A stretch of DNA of 60,969 bases, filler included, from Sphacelaria rigidula (lineage: Eukaryota), in NCBI GenBank assembly GCA_964200075.2. It is 10 parts of 10 records of this genome, joined end to end, with 100 filler letters (N's around TTAATTAATTAA, not from the genome) between each part and the next. Parts side by side here need not be neighbours in the genome. Positions count along the whole stretch, not along the records: positions 36,644 to 42,650 come from CAXNAA020022844.1; positions 42,751 to 48,757 come from CAXNAA020022845.1; positions 48,858 to 54,863 come from CAXNAA020022846.1; 7 more parts are not named here. The stretch is one strand, 5' to 3'. Of this stretch, positions 38,720 through 51,648 are shown one piece after another. The position numbers and the translations under genes are program-made. Numbering within the stretch: position 1 is the stretch's first letter; every line of letters starts with the position of its first letter. The notes beneath the pieces are model-generated. The model had not been told where the DNA came from and searched no databases. It saw only the letters and a program-made list of their open reading frames with translations.

Positions 38720-39035
38720 GCAAGACGAGGGTTTGTGAACAGCCTCTGCTGTTCGAATCTCATACGTAGACGAGAGTACAGTATATGGCTTTTGAACAGC
38801 ACATAGCCTCTTAAAAAATTCTCCTTGTGCCCAATTGCATAAGAAAAAAACGAGGACTTCGAACAGTCTCTGATGTACCAATCCCATATACTGTGTACTG
38901 TGTTGCCGATATATATTGGATTGTACAGCAGAGGCTGTTCGAAATAAATCCTTTATGCCCAATAGTTTCTCGACTTAGAAATTCGACAAAACGAGGATTT
39001 TTTCGAACAACCTCTGCTGTACAAACCCCATGCAT
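38720..39035 (+). repeat. Palindrome-rich repeat family (GAACAGCCTCTGCTG / GGATTT..TTCGAACA)
   Basis: Internally repeated. Homologous at ~55950-56190 and ~57905-57990. Confidence 0.65.
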
Positions 39036-39224
39036 ACTACAAGTATGGGGTTTCTACAGCACTAGAGCCTTCGGAAACAGTCCAGAAAATTTCGATTTTG
39101 ATACAAGCCCTCAAGGGAGACCCCAATGTTGAAAATCCCTTTGAGCATTGCGAATGCCTAAGATACTCTAGTGGGAAGTTTCGAAACGGACGGCATGTAG
39201 GGAGACGTTTGCAAACTCTACTCA

Positions 39225-39610
39225 AGGGTTTTCAAGGCTAGCCGAACGGTCGCGTGTGTTCTTGTCAGTGGCGCTGACCAATGCAAAGGTCGGTTCCCTC
39301 TGCCTCTCTTGCTGGACGTACGACATGCCTCTGTGTGCCGCAGAACACGTCGTCGAAAAGCAGGGTGATGTTCCCGTCACCGCTACTGTTTTCTCTCTCA
39401 CACACGTGCGAGCGAGGACGGTTGCGCCAAGATCTAATGGCATGTCGGGGGGTATTCTCATCATCGTTGATTTTGACGTTTGGCTCAAGGACAAGAGCCT
39501 TGCACATCCCACTTGGGCGATATATGGGAGATCAAACACTCGTGGAGACCTTCTTGACATATGGAGTGAAAAAATATACCTTTGGCGGTGACTCAACTGT
39601 TGTCGGCGTG
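39225..39610 (+). repeat. Diverged ~400-bp duplication
   Basis: Aligns with ~41400-41830 (shared CCTCTGTG.GCCG, TCCCGTCACCGCTACT, ATCAAACACT, GGAGTGAAAAA). Confidence 0.7.
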
Positions 39611-42008
39611 ACCCATGTGTGTTTCGAGGAAGGGTTCTCGAGGGGTACTAGTAGTTATATCGGACGGGTGTGGACGTGAGATATGTTCGGATAGTCACGG
39701 ATTTAGGATGCAACTCATCATGGTTGATTCCTGCTGCGTACCGTGCACGAGTTTCATTTGAGATTGGATATTTAGTTTGAATCGTCCCGCAGAGGATCAT
39801 CCGGTGCTCGGCAGGTTGTACGAGGCGTATCTACCGGTCATGGGCCACAGCGGATTTTCATGGTGTTCCTTGTTTTGGGCATATTGTCCGGCATGTTTTG
39901 TTTCAATTTCTGGTTCCAGGTGTAGCAGATGTCAGGAGGTCCAAGATGTGTCTTTCTGAGATGGCTTGAGGCTACCACCCTCCCTCACTCTGGTTTTGAA
40001 CCTAAACAACGACCTTTCGACAACATTCTCTTGCTCGTATGGGCTAGCCGAGTCCCTACTGGTGAGCCTCTACATGTCGGTAAGACTTGCTCGCTTGTAT
40101 TGTACAATATAATAATTGGTTTCTCCCTCCGCCTGAGAACATACGCTGTGTATGCATGCACTACTGTGAGTCAGTTTTGAAGAAAAAACAACATGACTCA
40201 TGTCGCTGCTTTTGTGTGTGACCAAGACTTGTATTTCGAGGTACTTATGAGCGTCATTTCAGGGCAAAACTCTCTCTCACAACCACAATCTTTCGCATAT
40301 GGGGGCTGCCATACCGTAATCGATTAGATTATCTCATGTACCATCTATCGGTTGTGTGCTCCGTAGGACGTGTGTGTGTGCGTCTTTCACAAGTTCGCAT
40401 GTGAGGAGGCTTTCACAAGCTGAGGCGAGGTATGATCTCACCAGGAACACGGATGTTCCATGGTTAACCACTTGCCGTTTAATTTGTGACCCACACCGTC
40501 AAGCACTGACCAGAAAGGTCTTGCCTGAAATTATCAGCATTCAAGCAGGGTAATCGGCAGTAGATCAAAGAACTTAGGAGAATTTTGTTGCTGTATTGAG
40601 TGCCTGTAGCAATTCGATGCTTATAAATTGTACACGCCTCGCAAGGGAGGAAACTTTGATATCTTAATCTCATCCAATAAAATCAGAACGGCTCCCAGAA
40701 GTCGAGAGAACGCGCCCGCTTTGAGTTCGATCAGACATACAAATATACGGCCGGATAGTTTTACCGAACATTTCTGGAATTGGCGTGGAGATATCAGCAT
40801 AGAACGCGAATGAATTGGATTCGCTTCTGCGGAATAGAATTTCGTTCCTAGAAAACGCTTTGCAGATGGGAAAATGCGGAATTACATTCGCAGAAAAATC
40901 TCTTTAGATTCTCCCTAGGAGGTGCTCTGAACAGAAGGAGATGTATAATAACTCTTGGCATAAACCTCGTAGATTGACTTTGATTGATTAGTTGTCGCAC
41001 TTTAACTGATCCCCCAGAGGTCCAACCGTGGTCGTATGATAGACGTACAGTAGTCAGCGCCAGAAGTATGTAGAGTTCATTATTTAACAGTGGGTCCTAG
41101 AAAATGGGGTCCATATCAAAAATGAGGTTCATGTGGCATTTCTCTTATGCAGGGATCACGCAAAACACTTACGACCGAGCGAAGCCATCTTCCCCCCCAA
41201 ATGTCCGCAGTAGTTAAGCAGCTGTGGCAAGGTGCACCTCACGAATGCGGTGTACACGCGTATCGATGACGATATCACCAGAGAGAGAAGCAACGACGGA
41301 GAGGAAGCTCCTCGCCCGTGTCCCTTGTGTGTCCTCGCTCGGCGATTACCAATCGTTCGAGAGACTAGCATCATGGAGGTTACCAGCATGTGCCCAATTT
41401 GCCATGTGCCGAAACATCGAGCGGCGGAGAGATTTTCTCTCGTCTTACAATTGCCTGTGGAGCTCACGAATGCGAAGATCGATTTCTCTCTGCCTCTCCT
41501 TTTTGACAGGACGCGCCTCTGTGCGCCGAAAAACATGTCGCTGAAAAACAGGGCAGTGCTCCCGTCACCGCTACTACTGTTTTCTGTCGCACACATGCCA
41601 GCAAGGGCGGTGGTGCGGTCATAGCAAATAGATTCTATTTGAACTCGGGGGGTGTCATTCATCGTTGAGTTTACCCACATCTGATCCTCTGAGTGCCCGA
41701 CGAGAACAGCCTACCACACGCCATTTGAGGTGGGTATATGAGACATCAAACACTTGCAGAGAAAGTCTTGACATGCGGAGTGAAAAACGATAGGTATGGT
41801 GGTGACTTAACTGTTGCTAGTGTGGCGCATAGGAGTCCGTCCGTACTGAAATCTGCGGCGCACACGCTGGTCGCGTGAACACCTGGGTACACTACGAGTA
41901 GCTTTCCAGAATTAGTCTGATGTGAGGAGATAAAGCATTACAAGCTGAGATGAGAGTGCTCTGCGATCAACAACTTGTCGTTGCATTTGAGACCCACGCC
42001 ATCAACCG

Positions 42009-42650
42009 CCGACAGCAAAGATCTTGTGGCTTTCACGCAACGCTGTCGGTAGTACGTCAGGCAAACCCGATCATAGCTAGCTTTCGTTGCTACCGTACTC
42101 ACTCGCGACTGGAGTTCGCAACGGGGATGTAAGCTAAACAGTTGATTTTTCTCAACTTTATCCACCCAATTCGAACGACTTTGAAGGTGGCCGCCTCGGA
42201 TCCGCCTAAACACGCAAAGATACCGTCGAATAACAATACCAAATGTTTCCGGGATTGACATCAGCCAGTCCGTGGAGAACGGAACAGAACACGACAAGAT
42301 ACCGTTTGTATTAGAAAACAATGCGCGTGAAACGCTCTGCAGGTTGGAAAATACGCATTTTCATGGAGAAGAAACTATTCGCACGTCCATTAGTGTTCTT
42401 TGCGGTTGTAAAAACTCTACTGACGTTCATGAATACCTGGCGGGGGGACAGGGAAGCCGTCCTCCCTCAGATCTTCAAAGTCGTTCGAATTGGGTGGATA
42501 AAGTTGAGAAAAATCAACTGTTTAGCTTACATCCCCGTTGCGAACTCCAGTCGCGAGTGAGTACGGTAGCAACGAAAGCTCGCTATGATCGGGTTTGCCT
42601 GACGTACTACCGACAGCGTTGCGTGAAAGCCACAAGATCTTTGCTGTCGG
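42009..42650. mobile_element. Element with long near-perfect TIRs (at least 178 bp), Mutator/fold-back-like, truncated at the scaffold end
   Basis: 42009-42186 is the reverse complement of 42473-42650 with 1 mismatch. Spacer is 286 bp. Confidence 0.75.
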
Positions 42651-43052
42651 NNNNNNNNNNNNNNNNNNNNNNNNNNNNNNNNNNNNNNNNNNNNTTAATT
42701 AATTAANNNNNNNNNNNNNNNNNNNNNNNNNNNNNNNNNNNNNNNNNNNNGTTAGTCATCGATCGTAATACACTCAATGCGTTTGTTACAGGAGAGGGGG
42801 CGGGAGGGGAGGGGAGATGGTATGCATACCGACAAGCAGCTAAAACAGAGAGATCTGATGAAAAATCACATGAAAAGCAAGAGTCCGTAACAAACAATTA
42901 CTGCGTTTCGAATCATCCATCATCTTCACACACACTTCTATCGTAGGGGTAAGTCTGTACATACCGGCATATCGACAGTGTAGACATGCACAAAATCTAG
43001 CTGAAACATTCGTAGCGATACCGGCAATATATCCGACACAAGAACCCCGTAC

Positions 43053-46000
43053 CAGCGTCAACACCTCCTGCTGCCCAAGCCCCACAAGCAATCCAAGTTC
43101 GTCCATTGCATCTCGAAACGCTTCCTCATCCTCAAACGCCACGACAGCCCCGCGTTCAATACGCTCCGCCACTTCCCCCCCCGCTACCCCTCCCCTTGCT
43201 GCCGCCGCCGTCGACCGCCCCTTGGCACCCCTGTCTCGAGCAACGGCCGCCGCGGGAACCCCGTGAACCGTAGCCCAAGGCGCTGGAGAGCCGGCCGACT
43301 TAGCGCCACCACGTTCCTCGCTCACGCCGTTGATTTCTGCTGAACAACACAGTGAGTCGTTTTGTCGGCATCAGTGTAGCGGGACACACGAGTATACTGA
43401 TAGGTTGTGGTAATGTCGGTAGCAGGTGATCCGATAGCCGCACTAACAAGTAAAGAACATCCGTGGTGCATGCAGACGCCCCGCTCGGGAATCGCACACG
43501 CGTTACGGTCGGTCGGGCTAAGACAGCATGCACTGGTAAGCCAGAGCGATATCTGTAAAAACACGATCGACGATAACGATTAAATACAATGCCCCCACGC
43601 GTATTCTCGCACCTTCGTCAGCGCCACCTGGACAGTCACCCCATCCCCCGACTAGCCCCCACGTTGCTCCGCTGCGCGCCCGTTGACGTCCCGTAGAACC
43701 GGCCGCTATTTCTCCTTCACACCTCCCGCCACGTCCGCCGCCGCAGCCGCCGTCGGTGCTGCTAGCATTGCTCGTAATTCCCCGTCGCAATGTACCGCCG
43801 TTGCCTACAAATCCTTTGCCGGCCGTCCAGCCGGAAAGCATTGCCGTCGCCCCCGGAGCGGGTGGCGCGGTGGCGGCTGCCTGATTGTTGCTGAAACGCG
43901 CAGAGCACCTGAGTTTCTGGGCTGTCTCTGCTCGATGACGGAGCTCGCTGTTCCGGTGTGGAATGTACGACCCAACGTAGAAGATGAGAGGAAGGGTATC
44001 GATCTTGAAGCATCCTCAGTGCGGGGAAAATACTGGCCATACTGATAACTGTTGACGAAAGTGTGAACCGGGGATGCACAGAAGTAACACATGCTCCAGT
44101 CGGTGGAGTTTGTGGTGTGTATCCGTACGAGGGAAGAACACTCGGCGGTGTAGTACAAGGCGAGTCAAGGCCAATGAAACAAGACGTGAAGCATGTTTAG
44201 CCGAAATTTCACTTTCTCGCATGCTCGGTAGGCCCCGTCTTAAAGAAACTAAACAAAACAAAAATGAGATTTCATCGGTAACGAGAATGATTATATTCTA
44301 GCGGTCAACGTGCTTGTTTCTTCGTTTGTTTCTCCTTTTTTGGTCCTTTTGATAGGTTGAGGGCTGATGCTCTGCTTTTCATTCCCCCACGAAATCATGA
44401 TCGCATAAGACAATATATTTTTTCATAATTTTTGTTTTTGTGAGAACGGAGGAACGGCGTGATGAAAATGTACATGGGAAAGTCAAATGGCTGATCGGCT
44501 TCATCATTAGGTGCCCTGCTGGCTTTCCCATCAGCAGGTGGCACTGTTCGCGCGTTCCACAGTTCTAACTATCATCTCTTTTTTTTTTGCCCTCGATAGG
44601 AATGGCGGGTGATTCCTCGTGATTATGAGGTTGCGAACCGTCAGGATAATTCCAATCGTCGGAATACAATCTCACTTTTGTCTCGCGAAGACGGGGCCTT
44701 ACCCTTCTTCTTTACCGATGATTACAAAAACAAGTATCGGTGGATCATAGGCAGTTCACTATCTCAATGACAGCATAGTCACCACAGTGCACTACCGTAC
44801 CGTAGCACACTCTTTTGACGCCTGCGCTACTTCACCTACGAAGGTTGAGAGCCGTTTGCTGTGCCCGGGTCTTCAGCCTTCTCAAAATCCTGTCGCTATC
44901 CATCAGGGGGAAGTCTCGAGGGAACTCCTCGCATATCGCAAGGCTGGCGCGGTCCATCTCCGTCACCACTAGGGTATGCCCAGTCGCAAGCGGTACACTG
45001 GCTCCCAGGTACAGGTCTTGCGGGACGTAGTATCTACACAAAATCGTGGGGTTTTGATTGCGGCATAGCTAGCTGTTACTCCCGTGCTCCCCTCGTGATA
45101 TCCATGAATAATTGTCGTCACGTCTTTTGATCATGACATGGGATCGACAGGCGGTGTTTTGCCGGTTGCATCGTTCTTCGAGTTTGAAGTCAGAGGGTGA
45201 CGCTCGTTATATGTGCAGGAGGTTGAGCACCCATGGCGGCAAAGAGGTGGCGGGGGAGGTATCTCACGTGCCGCAGAAGGACGGTACGGGTACATCATCT
45301 GGCTTGTACGTTCCTGTGTATTGATACGCAACATCTCACACGAATGCACGCTCCATCTATCTGTCCGCCCTGCACAAATCGTTCCTCGTTGTTGATCGCA
45401 TGCTTCCGGGCGCACTTTTTCGCTTCCCCAGGTCTCTCACCAGCAATGTGAGATAAATCGTGTCGTATCACAAGCCACAATAAGGGAGACACAGCGCAGA
45501 AATAACACAGGCTGCGGTATATAGTCTGTGAAAAATCCGACATGACTTACGCTGTGAACCACAGTGTTTCCCTCCGTCACCCTGTGCACCTTTTCCTCGC
45601 ACCTTCCGTTTCCATTGCTGGCCGGTCGACGATGCCTTCCCTTCACCAGAAACAGCCCACCTGGCCGGCCCGAATTTCGTCGCTGCAGCTCGTGTACCAT
45701 AAGCGTGTCCAACCCAAGATCGTATGTGATCACGAACTGGCAGGGGGGACCGGAGGCACCAGTGGTGTGAAAACGTCATGCATACGGTCGACCAGGTGAC
45801 CCACGGCGCTCACATTATGCACAGCCGGCGGTACACGCGAAAACCTTCGGAACATCTTTGGCTATCAGCCATATTCTACTGAGGCTGACTCCATCCACGT
45901 TAGCGGCATACTTCAGAGCAATGGGGGGCGAGGGGTGATTAAGGTGCGAGAGTTACGATGTTTCACGACGAACATCGTACTTTTTTTCGTGAACTTCGTG

Positions 46001-47850
46001 GTGCAAGTAGCAGTAATATTGGGCCTGCTGAAATGAGTAGCTAGGCCATGGGAGGAGATAGATGATCAGACCAAACGAAGTATCCCATTGTGGTGTCGGA
46101 GATCCATCTCGGGGCATCACATTCATCAGAGAAACATGCTTTCCATGTTTAGCCAGTCAAATCGAACCTATCCGCGCAAATCGCTGCGGCTATTATAGCT
46201 TCTCCCTGAAGGGAGCAGCGTGCATTACTGTAGTGAGAAGCATTCGCTTTCCGCTAGAATCAGCAAAAAAGCTCGTCGCGGACGGACTACGTAGCAAAAC
46301 ACGGGCACACACAAGGCGGCTTCACTTCGCCTCGAGCAGCGCTGCAAACGCGTCTCAACTCGAGCGCTAACCCGGCTCGAGATCTCCAACGTATCTCACC
46401 TCTCGACCAAGGTCATTGGGGTGGCTACTGCTCAACAAGGCTTTGCACCGGATCCTTCGGCCCTTGAAACGGTCGGGGGGGTAAGCTCCGCCGGGTGCAG
46501 TTGACCACGTACCACCTCCTATGCCGCCAATTGGGCCGCTTGGACCGCTATGTGTGGCATCTTTCTCGCACCGGTGAGTGGTAGATTGTGTCCCAGCCTC
46601 TGCCTCCCGCTGCCGGAAGTACCGGCCACCTGTTCGATGCTGATACACTCTGCCCGGCCGTCTGTACATTCGGAGCGCTTTGCTTCTCTTTCGCTGCGCA
46701 GCGGCGTCGGCCAGGCTTGTTTCCATGTCTATGCCGTGCTCTGATCTGCCCTCGGGGATGAAGGTCAAAGGGGCCGAATGAAAAAGCACAGGGTAGGTAC
46801 ACGGGGCAACACTTGATTTCGACCCTCGATAGAGAGAGCATGGGCTGATCATTATGCAGGAAAGGTACAGGGGGACTTCCTCCGCGGATCACTGTGCCTT
46901 GTGAGTGCTCAGCAATCCTACGACGGGGGAAGGTTGAGGAGAGGGGAGGGTGTATTGGCCGAAATGGTTCATGGGTTTAGTTTTGTCGTTTTATACACTC
47001 CCCGTCGGCTTGCTTGTGGCTAAGACCGTAGACGGGCGGTGTGAAGATGTCGGTTAAACTTGATGCCAAGAGCATTATAAATCAAAATGTTCTGTCTGCA
47101 TCGCCATGGTGGAAATGACACCATCGTGCAGAAAAAGCGGCTCAAAACACCTCTCTCTCCTCCTCTATCGCGGGATCTCTCTCAGCGAGGGATGGAAAGT
47201 CTGTGCTTCGATCCCACGCGTTGTCGTATGTCAACCGTTGCCAACATTTAATGGTGGTGACTAGTCTTTTTGGAGTTCCGCGTGTACTCGTTGCGCCCCG
47301 TTCTTGACTGAAGTACAGGATCTGTTCATGCTAAAGGGTGCGGAAGTTGAGTGCGCAATCCCCCCCAAACGGTACCGGATAGCAATTGCCCCCGTGCTAT
47401 CCCGGCGGGTCTCGTTCCTCGACCCCAGGCGGCGACAGCGCAGCCGAGCAAGCAGCCACCCCCACACAATTGAGAGGACATGCAAGAACAGATGAGCGCC
47501 GAAGCAAAGGATTCCACATTCGCTAAGAAAAATGACACATTCGCTAAGAAAATGATACCAGGTAGCAAACGCTGCCTGGGAAACACATGGAATATACTCT
47601 TACGGTCACGAAGGTCGAACAGCGAACACCCCGCCGTTAAAAAAACAAAAGTAGCGGCTCACCGGTAGTACTCCTTGGTGAAGGAATCGCATCCCACAAG
47701 GCGGATCGATCTTCCCCACACGTTCACCGACCCCCCAACGTACAGATCCAGCTCTCTGACATAGCTCTCGTTGTCGTGACCGATATCCCCGTCATGGCCG
47801 TCGTTCCTGAATCTCCAGTTTTTGGGGAGGTGTTGGCGCCGCAAGTATAC
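43053..47850 (-). CDS. EFHC1/EFHC2 (Rib72)-like DM10-domain flagellar protein, partial
   Basis: Phase-compatible exons 47850-47663, 46745-46400, 45736-45603, 45033-44836, 43890-43613 and 43336-43053. DM10 motifs DLYVGGSVNVWGRSIRLVGCDSFTKEYY and REFVITYDLGLDTLMVHELQRRNSGRPGGLFL..YYVPQDLYLG, followed by the EF-hand-like segment FRDAMDELG..GQQEVLTL. Confidence 0.85.
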
Positions 47851-50800
47851 CTGGAAGCAGGTCCGGTACATTTTGGAGGGGGTACGTCTCGGACCACCGC
47901 CTACCGGTACTAGTCGTGGCAGGCGCTTCAGTTGCGCGATCGAACATTCGTCGATACCCACAGACAGGGTGGGCTCGGCACTTTGACTGCAAATACGTTA
48001 GAATCAGCCGTGAAGGGTCAGCTGAACACGTGGCACGCACGAGCGGGGGGGGGTATACTCATGATCTTGCACGCCGTAGTCGTAAAAATATTGGCCTCGT
48101 ATCCCTACAAAGTCGGGACGCAGCACCCCGGGATTCGCCGGACCAGGCTCTTAATCCACCAACAAGCGCGAAGCGCCGTGATGTGTTCAACGAGTCGCAT
48201 GAAGGGTGAGCTGCACCCCGCTAAGGTTCTTCGACCAGACGGGTACGCATAATCCTTTATGTAGATGGCAGCCTCGAATGAGTTGCATCATTGTCTGGTA
48301 TCTCCACTATCAGAGACAACCACGGGTTACACTGCCTCATGAGTGTCTCACCATTCAAACACTACGTAGTACGATCATCCCCTTTTCGCGGAGTCGAGGC
48401 TTTCCCAGCGGGTGCAATGTGATCTAGCTCGGCTACCATTATGGTTACCGCAAACAAACGGCGGCGACCAAAAAAGGGTAACCTGGTTGCCTAGCCTACG
48501 CAATGGGTGGCGTGTTTCAAAGCGTCGTTTCCAACCGATGCCAACCCTCAATGGGAGCACGGACGCGGGGGGGGGGGGGACTGCTAAGAGATACCAAGGT
48601 CACCAAATGCACAGGATATAACCCTGAAAGACACGGGGGCCATGCCTTATTCTTGCTTTGCGCAAGATTGGGTAACCACATTATTTTGCTCCCCCCCCCC
48701 CCGGCTGGTCCGGCAAAAGTCCGGCGTGCTCCGTCCCGGGTCTGGAGTGGGGGGGGGNNNNNNNNNNNNNNNNNNNNNNNNNNNNNNNNNNNNNNNNNNN
48801 NTTAATTAATTAANNNNNNNNNNNNNNNNNNNNNNNNNNNNNNNNNNNNNNNNNNNNAGCTGGGGAGTCCCTCAACAGCATTTAGACGCTGCAGTACTAG
48901 CAGACCTGCTACCGTCACAAACCCCAAAAATTAGGATCGGCTGTTACATATAATTTGTACATATATATATATCCATATACTTCAAAGTACAGTAGAACGT
49001 GACGACATACGAAGCAATGGGCATATGCATATGGGCCACCTAACTAAGTGGGGAGGAAGTTATGGAACAATACCTAACTAAGACCATTCCGGCTTTTGTA
49101 GGAATGGTCTCATGACTACGGCATGCATGATCATGAGTACACCCCGCCCCCCCTCTTCTCCGGATCCATGCCAGTTTCTGATACTTCCCCAGCACGGAGC
49201 AGTTTCCCGTCGAACAACGCACACTGTTTCCAACCGAACACAGTTTGGCGTCACCACATTAGTGAGACAAACGAATGTCTTCCGCAATAGACCCTAGGGT
49301 TTGAAAATTGGAGCCAAGACTTTAGAAAAGGGGTGTAGACCGACTACTTGAAGGCCATCTATATAGGGATGGTGTTGATTCCATGTTGATCGGAGTTAGG
49401 TTTACGCTTTTGAATTTCCGGGGGGGAACTAACTACTTCAACTTCCGGGAAAACAGCGATTACCAAAACAAATATATGTTTACAACAATAATATTGCGGT
49501 ATTTTCCCTTGAGCGGTGTCGAATTCTAAGAAGTCGTGTATGAAAACGAGATTGCTATCGGAAGAGAATAAAGCCCAAATCGAACGGCTTTTGAAGCTCA
49601 ACCGCTTCACCCAAGTCCTCAATATATCAACATATGTTAGCGCCGACATGAATTAAAATATATATTTCGTGACACCAAACTCTGGACACTTGAAGTCCCC
49701 CATTGCCCCCAAAAACACAAAGCTGGAGAGATTTTCCCAGTATAGTTTACCCCTTAGGAGGGCGAGAAATTCCTCACATACTCCAACTTGATATGGTGTG
49801 GACAGCGAAATCCGGATCTTTAGCAGGGCTATGCTCCAAGCGTGCTCCTAGCTTGCGCAGAACGCATTTCTGTCGAAAGATCGGCGCCTGGGGCGCCGAT
49901 TAGAGGTCTGGCAATGCACCCTTTGCCTAGGTGACACTGTCCATGTCCTCGCCCGAGGGTTCTCGGTGTGCCTTCGTTGGGGTGACAGTTAGTGTTAGTG
50001 TTAGTTTGTTCGAATTTGTAAATCTTTGAGAAATGTTTCACCCTCTCAAGTGGTGAACTAACCTCGATTTTCCATGAACGACCGGTGCTTACGATGTCTG
50101 TCGGTTCGAGAACGTCTGAGTGGGAATGACAAATATCTGCGAAACAGTCCCGACGATGTCATTTCTCGGCTTGAACGATGTTACTGTAGCAGAAAACAGC
50201 GATCACAAAAAGGACGCGGGCAAGGCCGGCCATGGGGCCTCCTTACTATGTACCGAGTATATAGGGTCGGCTGTAAGCGATGGAGGAAGTTCTGCGATTT
50301 CTTCTCCATCCTTCTTATTCTCGATGGGAATCTATCGCACGACTGCCCCCCCCCAAGGCCACGTAAGCTGCCGCTTCCGACTTGAGATCCATGTACCCCA
50401 GAAACTAGCACTGTTGCTTTACGCCGTTCGACTCATGCACAGTCCACAAACTGCGTACACCATGACTTTTTCGCAATATTCTTGTGAGCTTGCGGTTCTT
50501 GGAAATGATCAAGGGTGATGTTGGGCCCTTGGGATGCTGTGTCATGTCATGGCACGTTGAGACGAGACGTGATTTGTCGCAGGTGTTATCAAATCGTCAA
50601 TCTAGAATCTATCGTTTTTCCATTTGCTGTGGCGAAAAAATCGGAGTCTGCATGGTCACGGAGGGCAGCCGAAAATCAAATGTTATGTAATCCATCAACA
50701 CTGAATAACTCTTTTCCAGCTTTGAATCCCTGTTGAGTCGCGTTTATGACACAGTCTTTGACTGCAGATCAGATTCTGCTTTAGATTAGTAGGTCTATAA

Positions 50801-51648
50801 TATTGAGCTTGTCCGAGTCGTGCACGATGACTTACGTAGAAGCTGAATTGGCCTGAGAGCACTAAATGGCCGGCTATTAGAGCTCCGAGAGGTACCAGTT
50901 ATCACTTGCCATTATTATTATAATGTTAATAATGGAAATGGTTACATGACAAAAATAGATAATGGTTTCGAACCATATTTTACCGTTACCGGCTACGTAT
51001 GCTACATACAGCCCTTGAAATTGGCCCAAATTTGACGTATTGTTTAGCTCTAATGAAGCCAAATCGCGTGAAAACGTGCCTCCGGCATGGCGCCTCCAGC
51101 GGGGCCCCCTCTGCCGGGGGGGGCTTTTTGGCTGGCGGCTGCGCCGCTCGATGACCGAGACCATTAGGTACCATTTCACTGGTTAATGAGAGCGCTACGC
51201 GTAACCATTCAACTGGTTCATGGTTACTGTAGACAAACCATTTCCGAGCTCTACCGGCCATTGTTTCGGACACACCCCGCACCGTCCTCGAAAAAGGACA
51301 TGCCAGCAGCCACACCATGACGAAAACATGAAGGACGAGGTACAGACGGCAATGAAACAAACACCGTACTGCGCCCATATTCTTGGCGGTAAGGCCCCGG
51401 CAGTGCCCTACACCTCCGACACATGGCTACTGGAATGTGTCCTCTCCATGACGACCAACCATGCTGCTCGGGCGGTAGGGACGTCACAGCGTTCCATGGC
51501 AACAGCGCTTTTGGCTGAAAGCGGTGCGGTCGGGGGCGCCGATTTCCAGTCGCCTACGTGGTACGCACAACGCACTACCCACGAATACTACCACGAACTC
51601 CCCGTTCAACCAACGGCGACGAGCGGATTATTGTCGCGTTTTCCACTT

